Shown here one piece after another: positions 18,544-31,052 of a stretch of 43,742 nt of DNA. The position numbers and the translations under genes were made by a program. This stretch comes from Deltaproteobacteria bacterium (GTDB taxonomy: Bacteria > Desulfobacterota > Binatia > UBA12015): positions 1 to 43,742 of the forward strand of contig JAYGCM010000006.1 in NCBI GenBank assembly GCA_046583355.1, written 5' to 3'. Below the pieces are notes generated by a model. The model saw nothing but the letters and a program-made list of their open reading frames with translations. It was not told the DNA's origin and ran no database searches. Positions within the stretch are counted from its first letter, which is position 1; each line of letters opens with the position of its first letter.

Positions 18544-19401
18544 ATGAACCGAATTTTGCGTATCAAGCCCGGCTCCGTGATCCTCCCGACCTTGTTCGCC
18601 TTCTTTCTGGTGGGCTGCAGCGCCGCCGATATGAGTGGCCTGCGCCGCGACCAGCGAGCATTGGCTCGCCGCTTGGCCGATACTCGGGCCGACGTCGATG
18701 CGTTGCGCGGTGAGGTCGCGCGCTTGCGCGGTCAGATGCAGCGGGCCAGCATGGGTGGCGCGACTGAAGCCGACCGTGCTTCGGCCTACGGACGTCCCTC
18801 CGGCCCCTCCGATGGCTGGCCGGGCAGCGCGGTGGCCGCAGCACCCCTTGCCCCTGCGACACCCCCAGCACAGCCACCGCAAAGTGAAGGGCGCTGGCCC
18901 GCCGGCGGCGCGGCCGGGGCATTGGCGCAGCCTGCCGCACAGCAACCCGAACCGCAGCCGGCAGCGACGGCGGCGGCACCTTTGGGCATTGACCTGCGTG
19001 GCGATATGGCGCGCGGGCCCGAGGTGGCCGAGTATCGCGAAGGGCTTCTGGCCTTCCAGCGCGGCGATTATTCTCGCTCGATCCAATCTTTGCGCAACTT
19101 CGTGAGCCGCAACCGCGATAGTGAAGTTGCGCCCTACGCCCATTATTGGATCGGCGAGGCCTATTTCGCGCAGGGGAAGAACTACGAGGCGATCTTGGCT
19201 TATAATGAGATCCTCACCAGCTGGCCGAGCAACGAGCGCGTGCCGGCGGCGAAGCTGCGCCAGGCCGAGGCCTTCGCCGCCACCGGCGATGTGATGGATG
19301 CACGCCTCTATCTCAAGGAGTTGATCGACAACTACCCGGGCACGCCCGAGGCGGCCGAGGCCAAGGTGCGCATGCGCTCCCTCGATCGATCGGGGCGCTA
19401 G
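18544..19401 (+). CDS. cpoB: Tol-Pal TPR protein CpoB/YbgF (lipoprotein form)
   Basis: Lipobox LVGC, coiled coil, TPR motif AHYWIGEAYF, ending YPGTPEA; follows pal. Confidence 0.9.
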   Translation: MNRILRIKPGSVILPTLFAFFLVGCSAADMSGLRRDQRALARRLADTRADVDALRGEVARLRGQMQRASMGGATEADRASAYGRPSGPSDGWPGSAVAAAPLAPATPPAQPPQSEGRWPAGGAAGALAQPAAQQPEPQPAATAAAPLGIDLRGDMARGPEVAEYREGLLAFQRGDYSRSIQSLRNFVSRNRDSEVAPYAHYWIGEAYFAQGKNYEAILAYNEILTSWPSNERVPAAKLRQAEAFAATGDVMDARLYLKELIDNYPGTPEAAEAKVRMRSLDRSGR

Positions 19402-19468
19402 AGGCCCAGTTGGCAGATGGGGCAAGCGGCACTCCGGGTGTCAGTTTGCTAACGTTCTGCCTGTCATC

Positions 19469-20398
19469 ATGCGGATTGTTCGTCACTCGCGGGCCGGGAG
19501 GTTTCGCTGCCCAGTCGTTGCGCTCGGGAATTTTGATGGCCTGCACCGCGGCCATGAGGCGATTCTCGACAAGACGATCTCGCTTGCTCGTGAGACCGGC
19601 GGCCAGCCTGTAGTTTTCACTTTCTACCCGCATCCGATCTCGGTCGTGGCGCCGGATAGGGCGCCCCCGCAGGTAACCAGCCTGGCGGAGCGCTTGCGCG
19701 GGCTGCGTCGGCTCGGGGCCGAAGGTGTGGTGTTGCAGCGCTTTACGCATGCCTTTGCGGCGACGCCCCCCGAGGTCTTTTTGCGCAATACATTGGTGGC
19801 GCAGCTTGGCGCTGCGGCCATCGTGGTTGGCTACGACGTTACCTTCGGCAAGGATCGCCGCGGCACGCCGGAGCTGCTTCGCGAGATGGCTCCGGGGCTG
19901 GGCATCGAGGTGGGCGTGGTCGAAGCGATTGGCGCGGGTTCCGCGAAGGTGAGCTCCAGTGCGATCCGGCGTGCCCTGGCGGCGGGCGATGTGGCACAGG
20001 CCGCTACGCTTCTCGGCCACCCGCATCGCGTTTTCGGGCGCGTTCGTGTCGGTGACCGGCGCGGCACAACCATCGGTTTTCCGACCGCGAATATTCTGCC
20101 ACGCGGCGGCATGCTCCCCCCCGATGGTGTCTACGCCGTCCGGGTCGGGATCGAGGGCGAGGAGGCGCTGCGCCCGGCGGTTGCGAATATCGGTACGAAT
20201 CCGACCTTCGGCGGTGTGGGCCGACGTCTCGAGGCCCATCTCCTCGAATTTGCAGGCGACCTTTACGGGAAGTCGATTGCCGTGAGCTTTGTCGAGCGGC
20301 TCCGCGGGGAGGTTCGGTTCTCTTCGGTCGATGCGTTGGTCACGCAAATTCAGGCAGACGCCGCAGCCGCACGCGGCCTGCTCGTCGAGGCATCGTGA
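19469..20398 (+). CDS. ribF: Bifunctional riboflavin kinase/FAD synthetase
   Basis: GNFDGLHRGH, VSSSAIR, GFPTAN, NIGTNPTF, LEAHL. Confidence 0.96.
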   Translation: MRIVRHSRAGRFRCPVVALGNFDGLHRGHEAILDKTISLARETGGQPVVFTFYPHPISVVAPDRAPPQVTSLAERLRGLRRLGAEGVVLQRFTHAFAATPPEVFLRNTLVAQLGAAAIVVGYDVTFGKDRRGTPELLREMAPGLGIEVGVVEAIGAGSAKVSSSAIRRALAAGDVAQAATLLGHPHRVFGRVRVGDRRGTTIGFPTANILPRGGMLPPDGVYAVRVGIEGEEALRPAVANIGTNPTFGGVGRRLEAHLLEFAGDLYGKSIAVSFVERLRGEVRFSSVDALVTQIQADAAAARGLLVEAS

Positions 20399-21369
20399 CC
20401 CCGAAGCAGGCCGAGCCCGAGGTCGTGCATTGCACCGTCGAGGGCGATTGCGCGGGCGATCGCCTCGACCGCTTTCTTGCCCGGCAGAGCTTTCTGCCGA
20501 CTCGATCGCGGATTGCGGCGCTGATCCGCGGCGGCCACGTCTCGGTGGATGGGGTCGCTCGCAAGACCAGTTATCCGGTCAGCGTAGGCGATCGGATCGA
20601 GGTCGTGCTGCCCCCCGAGGAACCCTCGTGGGTCGAACCCGAGGACCTGCCACTCGAGGTTCTTTATGAAGATGATGCTCTGATCGCGATCAATAAACCG
20701 ACCGGCATGGCCTCGCATCCGGCGCCGGGTACCCGCCACGGGACGCTGGTCGCTGCCTTGCTGCATCGCTGGTCGTTGGGCGAGGGCTGGCCGGATCCGC
20801 AGCGGCCCGGCATTGTGCATCGACTCGACAAAAATACCACCGGAGTCATGGTGGTGGCCAAGACGCCGGTGGCGTTGCATGGGCTTGCACGTCAATTTCA
20901 GGAAAGGACCGTGACCAAGCAATATCTCGCGGTGGTGCGCGGTGTGCCGCGCTTGAATTCCGGCCTGGTCGACCTCGCGATCGGCCGCGATCCGCATAAC
21001 CGCAAGCGCATGGAGGCTCGCGAGGGGCAAAAACGCGAAGCGCGTACGCGCTGGGTCGTGCGAGCACGTTATGGTGGCGCGCGTCCGACGGCGGCGCTTG
21101 TCGAATGTGCGCCCGAGACCGGCCGGACCCACCAGATCCGCGTCCACCTGGCGAGCCTCGGCCACCCTCTTGTCGGCGACGATCTCTACGGCGCGCGCCG
21201 GGTGCCGGCCGGGGCCGGAAGCGCTGTGCGCGCGGCCCTCCTGAGCTTCCCGCGCCAGGCATTGCATGCCGCGCGTCTGCAATTGCACCACCCCGACGAC
21301 GGCCGCGCGCTCGACTTTCGAGCGCCCCTTCCCGCCGATATCGAGGACCTGATCCTCGCGTTGGGATAG
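20395..21369 (+). CDS. rluD: RluA-family pseudouridine synthase (RluD-like, with S4 domain)
   Basis: RLDRFLA S4 domain, GIVHRLDKNTTG, TGRTHQIRVH, QALHA. Confidence 0.9.
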   Translation: MTPKQAEPEVVHCTVEGDCAGDRLDRFLARQSFLPTRSRIAALIRGGHVSVDGVARKTSYPVSVGDRIEVVLPPEEPSWVEPEDLPLEVLYEDDALIAINKPTGMASHPAPGTRHGTLVAALLHRWSLGEGWPDPQRPGIVHRLDKNTTGVMVVAKTPVALHGLARQFQERTVTKQYLAVVRGVPRLNSGLVDLAIGRDPHNRKRMEAREGQKREARTRWVVRARYGGARPTAALVECAPETGRTHQIRVHLASLGHPLVGDDLYGARRVPAGAGSAVRAALLSFPRQALHAARLQLHHPDDGRALDFRAPLPADIEDLILALG

Positions 21370-21385
21370 GGGTTCCGCCGCGCCT

Positions 21386-22462
21386 CTAGAGGGTGATCGA
21401 CAAGCCAATATTGAAGCTGAGGCTATTACGCGAGGCGTCGGCGGCCGGGGCGTCGTCGTAGTTGTTGCTGATCTGCAATTTGAAGCTGAGATAGGAGAGG
21501 ATGGGAACCGAGTAGGTGGCCTTGGCCTGGACCAGGTAGCCGTGCATGAAATCTTCCAACGGGGGGAGGTAGTCGAAGCTCGCCTCAAGCGTGCTCTTGA
21601 AGGGCAGCTTCCAGTTGGTGGCCAGGCCGATCGCCAATGTGCTGAAATTGGTATTGTCGCCGCCGAAAAAACTCTCGTAGATCCAACCGTAGCCGAGCTT
21701 GGTGCTCAAGGCCCCTTGGTCGAGCTTGAGGATATCGTAGCCCACCCCGACAACCGGCTGGGTGCGCAGGCTGAGGAATTGAATGGCGTCGTAGGTGGCC
21801 TTCATATCGCCGAACACGAAGAGGTCATCCCAGACGGTGCGGCGCGCGTTGAGCGTGAAGATGGCTTCGTCGAGGTCGGTCTCCTTACTGGCGCCGGCTT
21901 CCTGGCGCGTCCCGTAGCGGTAGCTCATGCTCAACCCGAACTGGGTGTCGTCGGTTTTGCGCCTGGCGCCGAGTCCGAAGAGGACCTGGGTGGTATCGAC
22001 GGTTGCCTGCGAGGCGGCGACGGAGATATCGAGGTTGCCGCTCCAATAGCGCATCCGGTCCTGAGACCAGGCCGAGAAAGAATTATCGGCTGGATCGCCC
22101 AACGAGACGATGTTGTCGAGTGCGATGGTCCGGCTTTCGCCGGCCGCGTTCTCGACCCGGATCGCCCCGTCCGCATAGCCGAGGATGCGGCCGGTGATCG
22201 TGCCGACCTCGCCGTAGAGGATCAGCCGGGGCTTCTCGGTTTCGAGCCCCTCGAGGCTGCCGGTGTCGAGGGAGATGGTATTTCCGGTCGTGCCGATCTC
22301 GAAGCTCGCCTGATCGTCCTCGATCGATTTCAGCGAGCCCGAGAAAAAATAGCCGCCAGCGCTCAATTTGTCGTCGGCCGCAGCCGCCGTGGGGCCGAGA
22401 GCGAGGCTCGCGAAACTGAGGCAGAGTAGTGAGATGAGACAGCTTCGCATGGGAATCCTCAT
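21386..22462 (-). CDS. DUF481-like outer-membrane beta-barrel protein
   Basis: Signal peptide, two short N-terminal repeats, alternating amphipathic strands, C-terminal hydrophobic beta-signal (FNIGLSITL). Confidence 0.7.
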   Translation of the reverse strand: MRIPMRSCLISLLCLSFASLALGPTAAAADDKLSAGGYFFSGSLKSIEDDQASFEIGTTGNTISLDTGSLEGLETEKPRLILYGEVGTITGRILGYADGAIRVENAAGESRTIALDNIVSLGDPADNSFSAWSQDRMRYWSGNLDISVAASQATVDTTQVLFGLGARRKTDDTQFGLSMSYRYGTRQEAGASKETDLDEAIFTLNARRTVWDDLFVFGDMKATYDAIQFLSLRTQPVVGVGYDILKLDQGALSTKLGYGWIYESFFGGDNTNFSTLAIGLATNWKLPFKSTLEASFDYLPPLEDFMHGYLVQAKATYSVPILSYLSFKLQISNNYDDAPAADASRNSLSFNIGLSITL

Positions 22463-22875
22463 GTTTTGTGCAGGTGCACATCCTGCTGGGGGTAGGGAAT
22501 CGAACAGCCGGCGGCCTGGCCCGCACTTTGATTCAGAACCTCTTGGTAATTTTCCATCGAACCCTCATCTGCGCCTGGGCCGCACATCTTGGAGTTCCGC
22601 GGCGCTTTCCTTTGTCAGACGAGGCCAGCGGGTGCAATTGGTCAAGCCGGAATCGCAGCGAGACGGGTCGCCGACTGGGGCGCGGCGACTTGCTCTAGCC
22701 TCCTCCAAGGCGTTATATCGAGGCAGCTGAACCGGCTATCGAGTGGCGTTTCCCGCGCCCGGGCCCGGTTCCTTGTCGCTTTGCCCATCCACCCAGATCC
22801 ATGCCCGCCGGAACTGCCGGCTGTGCACCTGCCGGTTGCGTCGTTCTGTCGCGGCCAGAAAATCGGAAGAAATTC

Positions 22876-24264
22876 ATGAGTCCACGACGCTCGGCATCCC
22901 CTGGCACCCGCACCTCGGCCGCTCCTGAGGAAGCGCTCGAACTCGACGAACTTCCGGCCGACGTCGATGACGACCAAGAGGTCGCGACCGAGGTCGGCCC
23001 GGACGCACCGGCGCCGATCTACCTCTCGGAACTCAAGGGGATGGATATCCAGAAACTGGCTCGCCTGGTACGCGGCGCCGAGGCTGAGGGCGCCTCCACC
23101 ATGCGTCGCCAGGAGTTGATCTTCGCGATCCTCCACTGGCAGACCGATCAGGCCGGTGCGATTTACGGCGACGGTGTTCTGGAAGTCCTCTCCGATGGCT
23201 TCGGCTTCCTGCGCTCACCGGATTATAATTATCTGCCCGGTCCGGATGATATCTATATATCGCCCTCGCAGGTTCGTCGTTTCGATCTGCATACTGGCGA
23301 TGTGATCTCCGGCCGGATCCGGCCGCCCAAGGAAGATGAGCGCTATTTTGCGCTTCTCAAGGTCGAGAAGATCAACTATGACCCGCCCGCCGAGTCGCAG
23401 GAGAAGGTTCTTTTCGACAACCTGACGCCACTCTACCCGGAGAGTCGGTTCTGTCTCGAGACCGGTGCGGCGGAACCGACCGGCCGCGTGCTGGACCTGC
23501 TGGTGCCGATCGGCAAGGGGCAGCGTGCCCTGATTGTCGCGCCGCCGCGCACGGGCAAGACGATGATGCTGCAGAATATCGCGCGTGGCATCACGGCCAA
23601 CCACCCGGAGGTCGATCTGATTGTCTTGCTGGTGGACGAGCGGCCCGAAGAGGTCACGGATATGCGGCGCTCGGTCAAGGGGGAGGTGGTCAGCTCGACC
23701 TTCGACGAGCCGCCGTCGCGCCATGTCCAGGTCGCCGAAATGGTGATCGAGAAGGCCAAACGCCTGGTCGAGCACGGCCGCGATGTGGTGATCCTCCTCG
23801 ACTCGATCACCCGCCTGGCGCGCGCCTATAATACGGTCGTGCCGCCCTCGGGCAAGGTGCTTTCGGGTGGCGTCGATTCCAACGCGTTGCATAAGCCCAA
23901 GAAATTCTTCGGTGCGGCGCGCAATATCGAAAACGGCGGCTCATTGACCATCATCGGCACGGCCCTGGTCGAGACCGGCAGCCGGATGGACGAGGTCATC
24001 TTCGAGGAGTTCAAGGGCACCGGTAATATGGAGGTGCATCTGGACCGGCGGCTGGTCGAGAAACGGGTTTTCCCAGCCATCGACATCAATCGCTCCGGTA
24101 CCCGCAAGGAGGAGCTGCTGCTCGATGAAGCGACGCGCGTGCGCGCCGTGATTCTGCGCCGGCTGCTCTCGCAGTTGAGTTCGGTCGAGGCGATGGAGTT
24201 CCTGCTCGATAAGCTGGCCGCGACCGAGACCAATCGGGAGTTCCTGGACTCGATGAATCAGTAG
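22876..24264 (+). CDS. rho: Transcription termination factor Rho
   Basis: [51 protein letters not shown]; start set at ATG 22876. Confidence 0.98.
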   Translation: MSPRRSASPGTRTSAAPEEALELDELPADVDDDQEVATEVGPDAPAPIYLSELKGMDIQKLARLVRGAEAEGASTMRRQELIFAILHWQTDQAGAIYGDGVLEVLSDGFGFLRSPDYNYLPGPDDIYISPSQVRRFDLHTGDVISGRIRPPKEDERYFALLKVEKINYDPPAESQEKVLFDNLTPLYPESRFCLETGAAEPTGRVLDLLVPIGKGQRALIVAPPRTGKTMMLQNIARGITANHPEVDLIVLLVDERPEEVTDMRRSVKGEVVSSTFDEPPSRHVQVAEMVIEKAKRLVEHGRDVVILLDSITRLARAYNTVVPPSGKVLSGGVDSNALHKPKKFFGAARNIENGGSLTIIGTALVETGSRMDEVIFEEFKGTGNMEVHLDRRLVEKRVFPAIDINRSGTRKEELLLDEATRVRAVILRRLLSQLSSVEAMEFLLDKLAATETNREFLDSMNQ

Positions 24265-24398
24265 GTTTTGCTGCCGGGAAACCGGTTCTCGCGGCGAACT
24301 CCGTTGCGGGTGTCGGGGGGCTTTGCTAGCGAAGCGGCACTGGACCACGGGAAAAGGGCACTTTTTGCCTACCGCGGTTCGGATTCTACGGAGAAAGT

Positions 24399-25190
24399 AT
24401 GCCTGAGCCTACGATGAAGCAGCTCCTGGAGGCGGGAGTCCATTTCGGCCACCAGACAAGTCGTTGGAATCCGAAGATGAAGCGATACATCTTCGGTGCC
24501 CGTAACGGCATCTATATTATCGACCTGCAGCAGACCGTGCGGATGTTCCGCGAGGTCTACGCTCAGGTTCGTGATCTAGCGGCTTCGGGGGGGACACTCC
24601 TCTTCGTCGGGACCAAGAAGCAGGCCCAAGAGCCGCTGCGCGAGGAGGCTCTACGCTCCGATATGTTCTTCGTGAATAACCGCTGGCTTGGCGGCATGCT
24701 GACGAATTTCCAGACCATCAAGAAGTCGATCGACCGTCTCAAGAAGCTCGACGAGATGTTGGTAGATCCGGCGACCGCCGAGGTCTACACGAAGAAGGAA
24801 ATCCTCAATCTTGAGCGCGAGCGCGCCAAGCTTGAACTCTCCTTGGGTGGCATCAAGGAGATGCGCAAGCTCCCGGATGCGCTCTTCATCATCGACCCCA
24901 AGCGTGAAGAGATCGCCGTTCAGGAAGCAAATAAGCTCGGCATTCCCGTCATCGCGGTGGTCGACACGAATTGCGACCCCGAAGTAATCGACTACAAAAT
25001 TCCGGGCAACGATGACGCGATTCGCGCCATCCGACTCTTCTGCTCCGCCATTGCGGATGCGGCTTTGGAAGGAAAGGCGCAGTTCGAGGAGAAGCTCGCA
25101 GCGCAGAATGAGGGCGACCCCGACGCGGCGGGGCTCGAAGCCGCGAAGCCGGACGTCGCTGACGACGCCCCGGCAGCGCCGACCGTTTAG
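24399..25190 (+). CDS. rpsB: 30S ribosomal protein S2
   Basis: [40 protein letters not shown]. Confidence 0.98.
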   Translation: MPEPTMKQLLEAGVHFGHQTSRWNPKMKRYIFGARNGIYIIDLQQTVRMFREVYAQVRDLAASGGTLLFVGTKKQAQEPLREEALRSDMFFVNNRWLGGMLTNFQTIKKSIDRLKKLDEMLVDPATAEVYTKKEILNLERERAKLELSLGGIKEMRKLPDALFIIDPKREEIAVQEANKLGIPVIAVVDTNCDPEVIDYKIPGNDDAIRAIRLFCSAIADAALEGKAQFEEKLAAQNEGDPDAAGLEAAKPDVADDAPAAPTV

Positions 25191-25238
25191 CTCGCTGCCG
25201 CGGACAGACGCGGCGGTCCGACTTCAGGTGAACCAAGA

Positions 25239-27432
<2,194 letters not shown>

Positions 27433-27439
27433 GGTCGGC

Positions 27440-28282
27440 ATGGCGATCAGCAAATCTGCGCGCTCGAAGCTGCTGCTTCGCGGGGTTGACCCCGAGAAGT
27501 TGCCTCGGCACGTTGCCATCATCATGGATGGCAATGGTCGCTGGGCTGCCGCCCGCGGCTACGAGCGCCTCTACGGGCATCGCCGCGGCAAGGCCTCGGT
27601 CAAGGCAATCGTCGAATTCGCGCGCCAGATCGGCATCGAATACCTCTCCCTCTACGCCTTCTCCTCGGAGAATTGGCAGCGCCCCGATGGCGAGGTCTCG
27701 GGCCTCATGAAGCTGCTCAAGCGCTACGCCACGACCGAACTCGACCGCATGATGAAGAACGGCGTGCGGCTGCGGGTGATCGGCAATATGCGCAAGCTGC
27801 CGCGTGATGTTCGCGATGCGCTGCGTAAAACGATCGAGGAAACCAAGAAGAACCGCGAACTCACCGTGATGCTCGCGCTTTCCTACAGCGCACGCGAAGA
27901 GATCGCCTCGGCCGCGCGCGCGCTGGCCCGGCGGGTGCGCCGTGGCGATATCGAGCCCGAGGATATCACCGAGGATCTGATGGCCCAGAGCCTGGGGACG
28001 GCAGGAATCCCCGATCCTGACCTGCTCATTCGCACCAGCGGTGAGGTGCGCCTGTCGAATTACCTGCTCTGGCAGGTCGCCTATACCGAGATTTATATCA
28101 CCGATACGCTCTGGCCGGATTTCCGCGAGCCGGATTTCATGGAGGCCTTGCGCCAATTCCAGGCCCGCTCGCGGCGCTTTGGCCGGGTGCCCGAGCCCGC
28201 AGTGAACGGTGATGGCAAGTCGCGCGGCACAGAGGATAGCATTTCCGCGCTCAGGCAGGCGCATCTGGGTGCTGCGCACTAG
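27440..28282 (+). CDS. uppS: Undecaprenyl diphosphate synthase
   Basis: HVAIIMDGNGRWA, YAFSSENWQRP, IRTSGEVRLSNYLLWQ. Confidence 0.97.
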   Translation: MAISKSARSKLLLRGVDPEKLPRHVAIIMDGNGRWAAARGYERLYGHRRGKASVKAIVEFARQIGIEYLSLYAFSSENWQRPDGEVSGLMKLLKRYATTELDRMMKNGVRLRVIGNMRKLPRDVRDALRKTIEETKKNRELTVMLALSYSAREEIASAARALARRVRRGDIEPEDITEDLMAQSLGTAGIPDPDLLIRTSGEVRLSNYLLWQVAYTEIYITDTLWPDFREPDFMEALRQFQARSRRFGRVPEPAVNGDGKSRGTEDSISALRQAHLGAAH

Positions 28283-29081
28283 GCTTTTGACGGCAGCGGT
28301 AGCGCTGCCGGCGGTTGTTTGGCTGATTTTTGCCGGACCGCTTTGGGCCTTTGCCGGAGTTGTGGTCGCCCTCACGGCGCTTGGGCTGGGCGAGTTGGTC
28401 GCGATGGCCTTTCCTGAGCGGCCGGGCACGCAGGCATTGACTGTGCTGGCTGGCTTGGCGTTTGCGGCGGTGGTGGTTCTGGACCGCCCGGATCTGGTCG
28501 GGCCGGTGTTGGTGCTGGTGATTGTCGGGGGCTTTCTCTTCGCCTTGGCCTGCGACGATCTGGACCGCGGCGTACGCCAGGTCACCCATGGTCTGGTGGC
28601 GGCGATTTATGTTGGATTTCTGCTGCCTCATGCCGTGAGTCTGCGTGCGCTTCCCGGAGGCGAACGCTGGGTATTTCTCGCCATCGCGGCGGCGATGGCG
28701 GCCGATACCGGCGGCTATTTCGCCGGCCGTGCGTGGGGCAAGACGCCCCTGGCACCGCGCATCAGCCCGAAAAAGACCGTCGAGGGTGCTGTGGGAGGAT
28801 TGCTGGGCAGCACGCTTATGGCCGGCCTGGTTCTCGTCCTTCTGCCGCCGCCGGGCTATGATCTCATAGCGGCGCTGATCGCGGGTCCGGCCATCGGCAT
28901 CATATCGCAGGCCGGAGATCTCATCGAGTCGATGTTGAAGCGCGTCTACGGGGCGAAGGATTCAGGCTGGATCATCCCCGGCCACGGCGGTGTCCTTGAT
29001 CGAATCGATAGTCTCGTGTTGCCTCTGGTCTTCACGTATTATCTCGGAGCCGGCATGCTCTTTGAAATAGTCGGGGTTTGA
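28269..29081 (+). CDS. cdsA: Phosphatidate cytidylyltransferase
   Basis: DTGGYFAG, ISPKKTVEG, GDLIESMLKR, KDSGWIIPGHGGVLDRIDS; GTG start at 28269. Confidence 0.96.
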   Translation: MLRTRLLTAAVALPAVVWLIFAGPLWAFAGVVVALTALGLGELVAMAFPERPGTQALTVLAGLAFAAVVVLDRPDLVGPVLVLVIVGGFLFALACDDLDRGVRQVTHGLVAAIYVGFLLPHAVSLRALPGGERWVFLAIAAAMAADTGGYFAGRAWGKTPLAPRISPKKTVEGAVGGLLGSTLMAGLVLVLLPPPGYDLIAALIAGPAIGIISQAGDLIESMLKRVYGAKDSGWIIPGHGGVLDRIDSLVLPLVFTYYLGAGMLFEIVGV

Positions 29082-29085
29082 TTTC

Positions 29086-30192
29086 ATGGTGACAAGTATA
29101 CTCGCGGCAATCCTGGTCTTGGGATTGCTGATTTTCGTCCACGAGATGGGCCATTTTCTTGCGGCCAAGCGTCTCGGTGTCGGAGTGGTGCGTTTCTCCT
29201 TGGGCTTCGGCCCGGTGCTTTTTTCGCGCCGTATCGGCGAGACCGAGTATGTGCTCTCGGCGATTCCGCTCGGCGGCTACGTGAAAATGATCGGCGAAGA
29301 AGAAGACGGCCTGCAAGGCGGCGAACCTGCCGCGGCGCCCGAGGGGGCCGCGGCGGAGACGCCGCATCTGCGCGAGGATTCCTTTGCCGTAAAGCCGGCC
29401 TGGGTGCGCGCGACAATCCTCTTTGCCGGCCCGGCCTTCAACCTCCTTTTCGCCTGGCTGCTTTACTCGATTCTCTTCGCGACCGGAGTTCCGGTTCTGA
29501 CCTCCGCTGTAGGCGAGGTCAAAGAGGGGATGCCGGCGGCCGCGGCCGGGATTGTATCGGGCGACGAGATTGTCTCGGTCGATGGCGAGGCCGTCGACCG
29601 TTGGGATGCGCTCTCGGCAGCCATCCGTGCCAGTGAAGGTCGCGCCCTTGAAATCGGCGTGCGTCACCATGGTAATCTGAAGACGTTGACGATCAATGCC
29701 ACGGAGATGGAGGGCACGACCATCTTCGGCGAGGCATTGCCCACCTGGGTCATCGGCATCGGTCCGGCCAACCAGGTGATTACGGAGCGAAGTGGCCCGC
29801 TTGAGTCGATCGGTAAAGGGTTCTTCCAGACCGGCAAATTCATCGAACTCACCGTGATGTCGATCGTGAAGCTCTTCCAACGGGTCGTGCCCGCATCGAG
29901 CTTGGGCGGTCCGATCATGATCATGAAACTCGCCGGCGACCAGGCCCATGAAGGCTGGCAGGCGCTGATGGGATTCATGGCGATTCTGAGCATCAATCTC
30001 GGCGTGTTGAATCTTCTTCCGATTCCCATCCTTGATGGCGGGCAGCTGACCTTTCTCGGAATCGAGGCCGTGATGCGGCGCCCGATCGGTGCCCGGCCGC
30101 GCGAGTTGGCCCAACAGGTCGGCATGTTCATGCTGATCTCGCTGATGGGCTTCGCACTCTTCAACGATATCTCGCGCCTCGTCTTCGGCTGA
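29086..30192 (+). CDS. rseP: RIP metalloprotease RseP (single PDZ)
   Basis: HEMGH, IPLGGYVKM, AGPAFN, NLLPIPILDGG. Confidence 0.96.
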   Translation: MVTSILAAILVLGLLIFVHEMGHFLAAKRLGVGVVRFSLGFGPVLFSRRIGETEYVLSAIPLGGYVKMIGEEEDGLQGGEPAAAPEGAAAETPHLREDSFAVKPAWVRATILFAGPAFNLLFAWLLYSILFATGVPVLTSAVGEVKEGMPAAAAGIVSGDEIVSVDGEAVDRWDALSAAIRASEGRALEIGVRHHGNLKTLTINATEMEGTTIFGEALPTWVIGIGPANQVITERSGPLESIGKGFFQTGKFIELTVMSIVKLFQRVVPASSLGGPIMIMKLAGDQAHEGWQALMGFMAILSINLGVLNLLPIPILDGGQLTFLGIEAVMRRPIGARPRELAQQVGMFMLISLMGFALFNDISRLVFG

Positions 30193-30197
30193 ACAAC

Positions 30198-30947
30198 TTG
30201 ATCGTCCTGGGCATCGAGACCGCCACCCGTTTTGGCAGCGTGGGGCTGGTAGAACAAACGGGCCTAGCGACGCGGATCCTGGCCGAGAGCGTGCAAGAGG
30301 CGGGTCGCACGCATGGGGCGATGTTGCTGGCTCAGATTGATGCGGCACTCGTCTCGGCCCGGCTGGAGTTGAGTGCTGTTGAGGCCTTCGCTGTCTCAAC
30401 CGGGCCGGGTTCCTTTACTGGCCTGCGGGTGGGTATGGCGACCGCGAAAGCTCTTGCTTGGGCTGCGGGTGCCCCGATTGCAGGGGTCGGAACCTTGGCT
30501 GCCTGGGCTTCGAGTTGGGCGTCAGCATCCGGTGAAGCATTGCTAGGAAAGACGATCTGCGTGGCTCTGGATGCACGTAAGGGCGAGGTCTACCGGGCGG
30601 CGTTTGTCGTGGCGGGACCTGGCGGGGAGTTGCGGCGTTTACTTCCCGATGCGGTCGAGAAACCGGCGGCATGTGCGCGTTCGTTCGAAAATCTCGGTTC
30701 GGATCCGCGCGAAATCCATATGCTTGGCGATGGCGTGTTTCGTTATGCGGAACCTTTTGCCGGCATCGGGGAAGATCGGCGCTGCGCTCTCGAAGAGCAC
30801 CCGCCCAGCGGTGTGCATGTGGCGCTTCTGGCGTTGCCCCGTCTGGCTGCGGGCCAAGGCGACGATGTACGCGATCTCGCGCCGGTTTATGTGCGCGCTT
30901 CGGAAGCGGAACTCTCGTTATTACCGGCCGGACGCGAAAATTCGTAA
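30198..30947 (+). CDS. tsaB: tRNA threonylcarbamoyladenosine biosynthesis protein TsaB
   Basis: LGIETAT, GPGSFTGLRVG, DARKGEVY, PVYVRAS. Confidence 0.93.
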   Translation: MIVLGIETATRFGSVGLVEQTGLATRILAESVQEAGRTHGAMLLAQIDAALVSARLELSAVEAFAVSTGPGSFTGLRVGMATAKALAWAAGAPIAGVGTLAAWASSWASASGEALLGKTICVALDARKGEVYRAAFVVAGPGGELRRLLPDAVEKPAACARSFENLGSDPREIHMLGDGVFRYAEPFAGIGEDRRCALEEHPPSGVHVALLALPRLAAGQGDDVRDLAPVYVRASEAELSLLPAGRENS

Positions 30948-30955
30948 CCAGTGGA

Positions 30956-30984
30956 TTGAACCGGTCGCCGAGTGAGCGTACTCT
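30956..30984 (+). promoter_or_regulatory. Putative sigma70 promoter TTGAAC-N17-TACTCT for the DUF465 gene
   Basis: Hexamer match with 17 bp spacing in the intergenic region. Confidence 0.5.
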
Positions 30985-31052
30985 GGGGCTCCCGGCGATG
31001 GCCGGGCGAGCCAACCCCACAGCAAGGCGTTTGTCGCCTGTAAGGAGCGTTC

